A DNA stretch of 38,205 bases from Acidimicrobiia bacterium (GTDB taxonomy: Bacteria > Actinomycetota > Acidimicrobiia > Spongiisociales > ZC4RG35). Position 1 is the stretch's first letter. Every line of letters starts with the position of its first letter. Position numbers and translations under genes: made by a program. The notes beneath the pieces are model-generated. The model was not told the origin of the DNA. It did no database searches and saw only the letters and a program-made list of their open reading frames with translations. Location: contig WHTL01000001.1 in the NCBI GenBank assembly GCA_009377735.1, forward strand, positions 1 through 38,205. The letters are read 5' to 3'. This document shows, in pieces, positions 1 to 6,800 of this stretch.

Positions 1-729
1 GCGACTGCCACCGTCGTCAACAATGTGGAAACCCTTGCCAATGTCCCGGGAATCCTGACTCACGGTGCCGACTGGTTCCGAGAGGTCGGCACGGAGGACT
101 CACCGGGACCGATGTTGTTCACTGTCTCGGGCGATGTTAGAAATCCATCGGTCGCCGAGCTTCCCCTTGGCACACCGCTCTCGTTTCTGCTCTACGGGGT
201 GGTCGGAGGCCTGGAGGCTGGTCGACGCCCCAAGCTGGTCGTCTCCGGGGTATCCAATCGACCATTGACGGCGAGTGAGCTGGACACCCCGCTTTCCTTC
301 GAGGCGATGTCCGAGATCGGGAGCGGCCTCGGCTCCGGTGGCTTCATCGTGTACGACGACACCACATGTGTCGTTGAGGTGGCGACCGTCCTCTCGTGGT
401 TCCTCCAAGTGGGGTCTTGCGGGCAGTGTCCGCCCTGTAAGTTGGGTACCACCGCCTTCGCCGAGGGGTTCGAGAAGGTGATGGCTGGAACAGCCACCGA
501 GGATGACCTCGACGACATGTTGGGCTGGGTTCCCCGTGTCACCGATTCCAACCGGTGTGGTCTCGGAGCGGGACAGCAGAACCTGGCAGCCGGCATCTTC
601 AACACCTTCCCCAACGATGTCCGCGCCTGCTTCGAAGGCCGGTGCCCCGGCCACCGCGGCCTGGCCCCCCCACTTCCCACCGATCACGACCCCCTCAACC
701 GCCGCCCCATCCAGATCTTCGCGCCGTAG
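1..729 (+). CDS. NuoF-family flavoprotein subunit (NADH dehydrogenase / NAD-linked hydrogenase or formate dehydrogenase type), C-terminal part; 5' end lies outside the window
   Basis: Frame 1 is open from base 1 (ATVVNNVETLANVP...). 4Fe-4S cluster motif GSCGQCPPCKLG ... RCGLG. Stop TAG at 727-729. Confidence 0.8.
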   Translation, partial: ATATVVNNVETLANVPGILTHGADWFREVGTEDSPGPMLFTVSGDVRNPSVAELPLGTPLSFLLYGVVGGLEAGRRPKLVVSGVSNRPLTASELDTPLSFEAMSEIGSGLGSGGFIVYDDTTCVVEVATVLSWFLQVGSCGQCPPCKLGTTAFAEGFEKVMAGTATEDDLDDMLGWVPRVTDSNRCGLGAGQQNLAAGIFNTFPNDVRACFEGRCPGHRGLAPPLPTDHDPLNRRPIQIFAP

Positions 730-774
730 GTGTAATGCGGTAGATGTGGCGGACTCCTGGGTCAGCGAGAGTAC

Positions 775-1326
775 GGACCGGGTGTGCCGCAACGAGCGAC
801 GATCATAGGCAACGGACGTGGGCAGTCGTGCAGATGCCGTGGTGGTGGGTGGGAAACGTATGCCGCGGCGAGTGTTCCACCAGCAAGACCCGCGGCGACG
901 TAAGACCTCAGACTGCGCTCACCTAAGACCCGGCAATCACCCCGACACGACAGACAGGCACAGGTACGCGGATGTTGAGGTCGGACGACCGCAGCCACGC
1001 GAGAAGTGAGGTGGAGGCAGCCGTTGGGGGTCTGGGGGACGTCGCGGTCGCCGATGCCACGGACCGGGTGTGCCGAAAGAGGCGATGACTGCGGGCTCCC
1101 AGATACGGGTGGTCGTGCAGATGCTGTGGTGGCGGGTGGGAAGCCTCAGCCGAGATGAGCGGTTCACCGGCGAAACCCGCGACCAGATAAAACAACAAGC
1201 CGAAGTCACACCGAACCCGACAACCTCGCCCTTATGCGACAGACAGGCACCGCGTCGCGGAGGTGAGGTCGGACGGCCCGGCCACGCGGGGAGTGGGGTA
1301 GAGGCAGCCGTTGGGGGTCTGGGGGA
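775..1326. repeat. Tandem duplication of a ~286-nt noncoding unit (unit A 775-1039, 21-nt spacer, unit B 1061-1326)
   Basis: Both units share ordered identical blocks: ggaccgggtgtgccg, gtcgtgcagatgc[c/t]gtggtgg[t/c]gggtgggaa, gacagacaggcac, gaggtcggacg, ccacgcg, gaggcagccgttgggggtctggggga. The blocks are separated by indel-rich variable spacers. No consistent reading frame is conserved between the units. Confidence 0.85.
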
Positions 1327-1345
1327 GTCCCCCAGAAATAACAGC

Positions 1346-1394
1346 AACCCAGGGTTCCCACGGTCGCTCAGCGACGTCCCCGGCCCTAAGTTCG
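1346..1394. repeat. 49-nt intergenic element, copy S1 (AACCCNGGGTT palindrome, central hairpin, GCCCTAAGTTCG)
   Basis: Same length and same terminal modules as the copies at 1417, 18337 and 28401. Central gtcgc-tca-gcgac hairpin. Its 3' end forms a 7-bp inverted repeat (gttcgca/tgcgaac, 1390-1419) with the start of S2. Confidence 0.8.
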
Positions 1395-1416
1395 CAACCG
1401 GCCGTGCGTCGGTGCG

Positions 1417-1465
1417 AACCCAGGGTTCCCACGTCCGCTCAGCGACGTTCCCGGCCCTAAGTTCG
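1417..1465. repeat. 49-nt intergenic element, copy S2; overlaps the last codons and TAG stop of the amidohydrolase gene
   Basis: Near-identical to S1. The cta at 1457-1459 inside the gccctaagttcg module is the TAG stop of the minus-strand CDS 1457-2731. Confidence 0.8.
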
Positions 1466-2731
1466 GCGGTATCTTGTCTCGCCCGCCACCACGGTGGCGG
1501 AGCATCTCGATGCGCCCTGGGTGACCAATGACTCAAGAACCTGGTCGGGGACAGGGTCTACGTCGAAGACGGCCAGGTCTGCCCGTGCTCCAGCAACCAG
1601 CTCACCGACCGCACCGCGCGTCCCCATTGCCTCTGCTCCTCCGATGGTGGCGGCCCGAAGGAGACGGGGTGCCAGGTCCTCTCCTTGGTAGCCCTGATCC
1701 CGTGCCAGGTCGTAGAGCAGTGCCACGTCGGCCATGAGATCGAGGGAGGGGCTCGAGCCTAAAGAGTCCGTCCCCACGGCAATGGGGTTGCCCTCCTCAA
1801 GGAACGCCCGGATGGGTGGTGGGTCGATTCCAACACCGAGGTTGGAGCGGGGACAGAGCGCCGTCGTCGTGTTTCGTTCCCGAAGGATACGCCTCCCGTC
1901 CTTGCCCAGGTAGACGCCATGCGCAACATGGGTGGTAGGTCCGAGAAGCCCACACGACTCGGCGAACTCGGCGGCCCCCATCCCGGTTCCACCACGGCCG
2001 AGGACACCCCAGGGACGACCGACACGCATGGCGACCCTCTCGGCGAGGGCACCACGGCCATTCCTGTAGTAGTCGTCCTCGGTGTCCGACTCGGCGAGAT
2101 GGATGTGAAGCCTCCGACCCATGTCATTAGCCAGTCGTGCCAGATGTTTCAGTACCGGCTCGTCGAGACTGTATGGGGCGTGGGGTGAGATACCGACCGT
2201 GGAATCACCGGAGATCGGGGCCTCGGCCACGGTGCTTGCGAGTGTCTCCTCGACATGGCTCTTCCAGGCTTCCTCGTCGACGCCGATCACCTCCAGATAG
2301 GCGACCCCCGCTACCCCCATCTCGTCGAGAATGCCGAGGGCGGCGACGTCCGTAACGATGTCGGCGAAGCAGGTGGTGCCATTTCGAAGAGATGCATGAA
2401 CCCCATCTCGGGCCGATTGAGCCCAGTCGTCATTCCGACGCTCTTCATACTCCTCGACGAACCGGGCCGACCAGGTGACATAGTCGGGATGTCTGACCGA
2501 CCCGACCGATGAGAAGCTGGTGTACTGGAGATGAGTGTGGGCGTTCACTAACCCCGGCACCATCACCCCCTGCCACTCGCACTTTTCCGCATCCGGGTAG
2601 GAAGCAGTGAGCCTGTCTCTCTCACCCACGTCGATGATCCGCCCCTGACGGCTCACAACACCCCCATCCCGGATTGGTGGCGCCGACACCGGGACCACGG
2701 TGGGGGCGAGGTGGATGGTGGTGGTCACCAA
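1457..2731 (-). CDS. Metal-dependent amidohydrolase of the chlorohydrolase / MTA-SAH deaminase (MtaD/DadD-like) group
   Basis: 424-aa ORF with motifs VNAHTHL (HxH), HIHLAES, VAHGVYL, VGTDS. The start is non-ATG (TTG 2731 or GTG 2728). The GTG forms a GTGA overlap with the upstream stop. Confidence 0.8.
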   Translation of the reverse strand: MVTTTIHLAPTVVPVSAPPIRDGGVVSRQGRIIDVGERDRLTASYPDAEKCEWQGVMVPGLVNAHTHLQYTSFSSVGSVRHPDYVTWSARFVEEYEERRNDDWAQSARDGVHASLRNGTTCFADIVTDVAALGILDEMGVAGVAYLEVIGVDEEAWKSHVEETLASTVAEAPISGDSTVGISPHAPYSLDEPVLKHLARLANDMGRRLHIHLAESDTEDDYYRNGRGALAERVAMRVGRPWGVLGRGGTGMGAAEFAESCGLLGPTTHVAHGVYLGKDGRRILRERNTTTALCPRSNLGVGIDPPPIRAFLEEGNPIAVGTDSLGSSPSLDLMADVALLYDLARDQGYQGEDLAPRLLRAATIGGAEAMGTRGAVGELVAGARADLAVFDVDPVPDQVLESLVTQGASRCSATVVAGETRYRRT

Positions 2732-3927
2732 CTTCGGGTCGCCTCCGCCTGCTCCTGGCTGGGAATGTCGATAACGAGCCCTGATGCGGCGAGTTGCGAT
2801 GCCGCCACCTCGTCGTCGATCTCATCGGGTAGGAGGTGGACCCCGACGGGGAGGTCGTTTCCTGCGAGGTGATCGAGGGCACGCAATTGCAGGGCAAGCG
2901 ACAGGTCCATGATCTCGATGGGGTTGCCCTCGCCCGCCGTGGTGTTGGCACAGTAGCCATCGGCGACCACGAAGACCGTTGTGCCCCCGGGAGTCCGCCA
3001 AGCCCGGACATTCGGCCGGACCGTGTCTCCACCGGAGAGGGGCGGACCGATGGAGGGATCGAACTCGGGTGGGCCGGCACCACCCACCGCAATGACGGTT
3101 CCCTCACGCATCTTGGCGACGTGCTCAGCGGTGAGGGTGTGGGCGATACCGGTGGCCGTGATGACGAAGTCGGCCTGACCAATCGCGTCGGCCACGGGGG
3201 CCACTTCGAACCCGTCGTGGTGGGCGCGCAGGGCGGCAACGGGATCTATCTCGGTCACCGTGACCCGGCCCCCGAGACCACGGGCCGCTGCGGCGATTCC
3301 ACGGCCAACCTTTCCGTAACCAACCACAACCACCGACGCTCCCGACATCTGCATGTTGGTGGCGTCGAGAACAGCCATAACCACTGACTGCCCGGTGCCG
3401 TAGACGTTGTCGAAGAGCACCTTGCTGCGGGCGTCGTTGACGGCGATGCACGGCACCTCCAGCACGCCATTCTGTTCCATCACCCGAAGGGGCCGGACTC
3501 CGCTGGTGGTCTCCTCGGCGACACCTTTGAGATGCTTCAGGGCGTCGCGGCGGTCGCGGTGGAGCCGTCGCGTGATGGAGGCGCCGTCGTCGCAGAGGTA
3601 TTGATTCCCAACATCGATGAACCGGTCGCGAAGAAGATCGACCCGCACCCTGTCTGCGCCCGTCTCGGCAAATACCGCGATGCCTTCCTCGGTCAAGGCG
3701 TCCACTACCTCCGTCTTGGTGGAATGACCGGAGCCGAAAACCGACACCTCCGCTCCCAAAGATGCCACGGCCTCGGCTAGACATGCTGTCTTCGGTTCCA
3801 AGGTCAGGGCTATTCCCACCTTCGCCCCATCGAGGTTCCCTGTCTGCCTGACGGTGGCGGTGGCGGCATCCAAGGCCGGCATGAACCCGCGGGCGAAGTC
3901 GATCATCCCACGACCCTTCTCAGTCAT
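2725..3927 (-). CDS. Adenosylhomocysteinase-fold paralogue 2 (divergent; catalytic histidines replaced)
   Basis: AhcY motifs are present: DDG, AEETTSGV, NDARSKVLFDNVYGTGQS, GYGKVGRG, TEIDP. The histidine motifs read TLEPKTA (not HLExKTA), GGAGPPEFD (not GHxDxEID) and GNP (not GHP). ATG at 3927 lies inside the last codons of the upstream gene. The longer ORF to 4224 is a low-complexity extension overlapping that gene. Confidence 0.8.
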   Translation of the reverse strand: MTEKGRGMIDFARGFMPALDAATATVRQTGNLDGAKVGIALTLEPKTACLAEAVASLGAEVSVFGSGHSTKTEVVDALTEEGIAVFAETGADRVRVDLLRDRFIDVGNQYLCDDGASITRRLHRDRRDALKHLKGVAEETTSGVRPLRVMEQNGVLEVPCIAVNDARSKVLFDNVYGTGQSVVMAVLDATNMQMSGASVVVVGYGKVGRGIAAAARGLGGRVTVTEIDPVAALRAHHDGFEVAPVADAIGQADFVITATGIAHTLTAEHVAKMREGTVIAVGGAGPPEFDPSIGPPLSGGDTVRPNVRAWRTPGGTTVFVVADGYCANTTAGEGNPIEIMDLSLALQLRALDHLAGNDLPVGVHLLPDEIDDEVAASQLAASGLVIDIPSQEQAEATRSW

Positions 3928-5206
3928 CGTTCCGTCTTCTTCCAGTCGACTCGGCTTCGAGGATGGAGGTGAGGGTGTCACTCTGATCCTCCCGGGGCAG
4001 GTCGAGCCTGATGCCGCGGCTTGCCAGCTTGGCGGTGGCAATCTCGCGATCCAGGTGGGAGGGGAACTCGTGGACGCCGGGATCGAGGTCGCCGGTGACA
4101 AGGAGGTGACAGCCCAACGCCTGTACGGAAAAGGAAAGGTCCATGATCTCAACCGGGTGCCCCATACCACCGGCGATGTTGACCAAGGCTCCCTCGGAGA
4201 GGACGTAGACCGGTCTCGCGCCATCGATTAGATATCGGGAAACCCCCGGTCTCACCTCGGTGACATCGCTGGACCGCGTCGCCAGTGCGGGGGTGTCGAT
4301 CTCCAGATCATGATGACCGGCATTGGCGAGCACGACCGAATCACCGAGGACGTCTATGTGGTCATCGCTCACGGCTCGCAAACCTCCGGTGGCGGTGATC
4401 ACGATCTCGGCGCCATCAATTGCCGTCATCATGTCGGCGACGTCGTGGCCATCGCTCAGCGCCTCGAGTGCCCGAACGGGGTCGGTCTCCACCACGACCA
4501 CCCGGCCTCCCAGGGCGTGGGTGTAGTTGGCAATGCCCCGTCCCACCCAGCCGTACCCGATGACAGCGACCCGCTTGCCGGGCAGTCGGAGGTTGGTCAA
4601 CGAGAGGATGGCCTGAAGGGTGGATTGCCCCGTGCCATAGCGATTGTCGAACATGTGCTTGCAGGCGGCGTCGTTGGCAGCGATGGCCGGCATCGGTAGT
4701 TCGTCGCGACTCTCCAGGGCACGAAGACGGGCGACACCGGTGGTGGTCTCCTCCGACACCCCCTGCAGCTCGGCATACAGATTTGGCCGGTCGCGGGCTA
4801 TGCGAACGGTGAGCTCCGCCCCGTCGTCGATGATGTACTCCGGTCCACTCTCGGCGACTGCTACCAGGTCGACCTCCCACATCTCCTGGGTGGCGCCCCT
4901 GGTGGAATGCACCTCGATGCCCCGCTCCACGAGTGCGGCGGCGACCTCGTCACGGGTGGTCCACGGGTTGGATCCGGCCACGATCACCTCGGCTCCGGCG
5001 TCGGCCAGCACGGTCGCCAGAAAAGCCGTCTTCGCCTCGAGATGCACCACGACCGCGACGCGACGTCCCCGGAGAGACCCGTCCTCGGTGAGTCTTCGAC
5101 GGACGAACCCGTCCAGGACGGGTGATCTCTGTCGCGCCCACTCGATAGCCTGCTGACCTTCGGGTGCCAGGGAAGGATCGGCAATCCTCGACCGTTCGAA
5201 CGTCAT
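3920..5206 (-). CDS. ahcY: Adenosylhomocysteinase-like enzyme, paralogue 1 (archaeal-type; catalytic motifs intact)
   Basis: MTFERSRIADPSLAPEGQQAIEWA N-terminus. Motifs HLEAKTA, IIDDGAEL, SEETTTGV, NDAACKHMFDNRYGTGQS, GYGWVGRG, ETDP, NAGHHDLEID, GHPVEIMD. ATG 5206 overlaps the upstream TGA (ATGA). Confidence 0.8.
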   Translation of the reverse strand: MTFERSRIADPSLAPEGQQAIEWARQRSPVLDGFVRRRLTEDGSLRGRRVAVVVHLEAKTAFLATVLADAGAEVIVAGSNPWTTRDEVAAALVERGIEVHSTRGATQEMWEVDLVAVAESGPEYIIDDGAELTVRIARDRPNLYAELQGVSEETTTGVARLRALESRDELPMPAIAANDAACKHMFDNRYGTGQSTLQAILSLTNLRLPGKRVAVIGYGWVGRGIANYTHALGGRVVVVETDPVRALEALSDGHDVADMMTAIDGAEIVITATGGLRAVSDDHIDVLGDSVVLANAGHHDLEIDTPALATRSSDVTEVRPGVSRYLIDGARPVYVLSEGALVNIAGGMGHPVEIMDLSFSVQALGCHLLVTGDLDPGVHEFPSHLDREIATAKLASRGIRLDLPREDQSDTLTSILEAESTGRRRNDD

Positions 5207-5955
5207 AGACGACCAGCCTCGATGATCCGCTGTAGGAACTGCCTGGTGCGGGGGTTTGCGGGGTCGCTGAACAGTTGGGCTGGCTCGTTCTGCTCGAGGA
5301 TGCGACCATCGTGCAGGAAGCACACCCGATCGGCGACATCGCGGGCGAAGGCCATCTCGTGGGTCACGATCACCATCGTCATCCCCTTCTCCTTGAGATC
5401 GCGGATGACAGCGAGGACACCACCGATCAGCTCCGGATCGAGGGCGGCAGTCACCTCATCGAGGAGGAGGACGTCGGGATTTGTGGCCATGGCACGGACT
5501 ATGGCGACCCTTTGCTGTTGTCCACCCGAGAGCCGATCGGGATAAGACGAGGCGAATTCTCCCATCTCGAAGAGCTCGAGCAGCCGGTGGGCGTTGTCCT
5601 CGGCCGCCGCCTTGTCGACCCCGTGCACCCGGCGTGGTGCCAGAGTGATGTTGTCAAGGACCGTCATGTGGGGGAAGAGGTTGTAGGCCTGGAACACGAT
5701 CCCAATCCGCTTCCTCAGTTCGTTCTCGGTGAGGGATTCGTCGTAAAGGTCGACGCCGTCGAGGAGGATGCGGCCGCCCTCATAGTCCACAAGTCTGTTG
5801 AGACAGCGGAGCAGGGTGGACTTGCCCGAACCCGAGGCGCCGATGAGACAGACCACCTCGTGGGTGGCGACTTCGAGGTCGATCTCGTTCAGCACCATCT
5901 TGTCGCCGTAGAACTTGACGAGCCGTTCCACCTGGATCTTGGCGGGAGAATCCAT
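5203..5955 (-). CDS. Polar amino-acid ABC transporter ATP-binding protein (GlnQ/HisP type)
   Basis: Walker A GASGSGKST, signature LSGGQQQRV, Walker B LLLDE. Length of 250 aa is typical of the family. Confidence 0.9.
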   Translation of the reverse strand: MDSPAKIQVERLVKFYGDKMVLNEIDLEVATHEVVCLIGASGSGKSTLLRCLNRLVDYEGGRILLDGVDLYDESLTENELRKRIGIVFQAYNLFPHMTVLDNITLAPRRVHGVDKAAAEDNAHRLLELFEMGEFASSYPDRLSGGQQQRVAIVRAMATNPDVLLLDEVTAALDPELIGGVLAVIRDLKEKGMTMVIVTHEMAFARDVADRVCFLHDGRILEQNEPAQLFSDPANPRTRQFLQRIIEAGRL

Positions 5956-6800
5956 CAGACGGTCCTTTGCAGACGGCGCTCCTGATCACGACGGGCGTAC
6001 CAGTCGGTGAAGCGGGCGAGGGGGATGCTTGCAATCAGGAAGAGGATGGCGGCCGCGATGAGGCTGGAGTAGTTGAAGGTCCGCGCGGTGTAGATCTCAG
6101 CGGCACGCACCGCTTCCCTCACACCGAGGACGGACAGGAGTGCCACGTCCTTCTGAAGTGAGACGGCGCCGTTGAGGAGTGCCGGTGCCACGTTGCGGAT
6201 CGCCTGGGGGATGATGGCGAAACGGAGGGTCACCCACTGGTTGAGACCCAGAGCCCGTGCTGCGGCGCGCTGGCCGTCATGGACCGCTTCCATTCCCGCC
6301 CGGTAAACCTCGGCGCTGTAGGCGGAGTATCCGGCGATCAAGGCTACCGAACCCCAGAAGGTGGCACTCGTAGGTAGTCCCGGTAGCTGGAGGGCGGGAA
6401 CACCGAAGCCGAAAAGAAGGATCAGAAGCAGGGCGGGCACCCCCCGGAAGAGGTCGATGTAGGCGATCGTGGCGAGACGGAACGGGGCGGCGATAGGCCC
6501 GGTGAGAGAGCGGAGCACTGCCAGCAGGAGGGCGAACGCCAAGATGATGACCTCAGCGACTATCCAGATCCTCAGGTTCAGCCAGAACCCGGCGAGGACG
6601 GAGGGAAACGACTCCTGGATGGCCTCCCAGGAGAAGAATTGGTTTCGCACCGCCGGCCACTGCTCGGCCGAGCTGATCCACCACGCCGCCAGACCGAACA
6701 CGATCACGGTGCTCACCCCACTGATCAGGAGCGAGGTTCGTCGCTCCCGCGCCACCCGTCTGTGATGGGCCTCCGCTACCGCGGTGGAGTGCTCGGTCAC
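5955..6800 (-). CDS. Polar amino-acid ABC transporter permease (His/Glu/Gln/Arg/opine family)
   Basis: Multi-TM protein in an operon with family-3 SBP and GlnQ-like ATPase genes. I prefer the GTG at 6800 because it forms a GTGA overlap with the SBP stop. The ORF-track ATG at 6839 is the alternative start. Confidence 0.8.
   Translation of the reverse strand: MTEHSTAVAEAHHRRVARERRTSLLISGVSTVIVFGLAAWWISSAEQWPAVRNQFFSWEAIQESFPSVLAGFWLNLRIWIVAEVIILAFALLLAVLRSLTGPIAAPFRLATIAYIDLFRGVPALLLILLFGFGVPALQLPGLPTSATFWGSVALIAGYSAYSAEVYRAGMEAVHDGQRAAARALGLNQWVTLRFAIIPQAIRNVAPALLNGAVSLQKDVALLSVLGVREAVRAAEIYTARTFNYSSLIAAAILFLIASIPLARFTDWYARRDQERRLQRTV

Noticed and set aside
775-1326. Considered a CRISPR array, a DGR template/variable repeat pair or a tandem riboswitch (glycine, ZTP, c-di-GMP/AMP, cobalamin, guanidine-III)
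   Set aside because: There are only two long units with no short repeat/spacer periodicity. The differences are indels rather than adenine-specific substitutions, and no RT or cas genes are present. None of the conserved cores of those riboswitch classes could be found. In addition, the region lies at the 3' ends of both flanking genes.
1346-1394. CCAGGGUUCC in the 49-nt element resembles the CUAGGGUUCCGG start of the guanidine-I (ykkC) riboswitch
   Set aside because: The rest of the ykkC core (GGUCCGAGAG and ACACGG.GGGA.AAAGCCCGGGAGA) is absent. The element is only 49 nt long and lies downstream of genes, not upstream.
744-1536. Several 60-199-aa ORFs on both strands inside the repeat nest (for example 937-1536 minus and 1070-1531 plus)
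   Set aside because: The two tandem units differ by indels that break any common frame. Only nucleotide blocks are conserved, not peptide sequence, and I saw no SD or domain signal.
3928-4224. Upstream extensions of the two AhcY-like ORFs (3928-4224 and 5207-5323), with similar extensions for the aldolase (8781-8903), LivK-like SBP (13643-13804), MetE-like gene (26156-26245), ADH (27595-27822) and thiB (31890-31952)
   Set aside because: The extensions overlap neighbouring genes or intergenic DNA and have low-complexity composition. Internal starts have SD sequences or classic 4-nt overlaps, and they give N-termini typical of the families.
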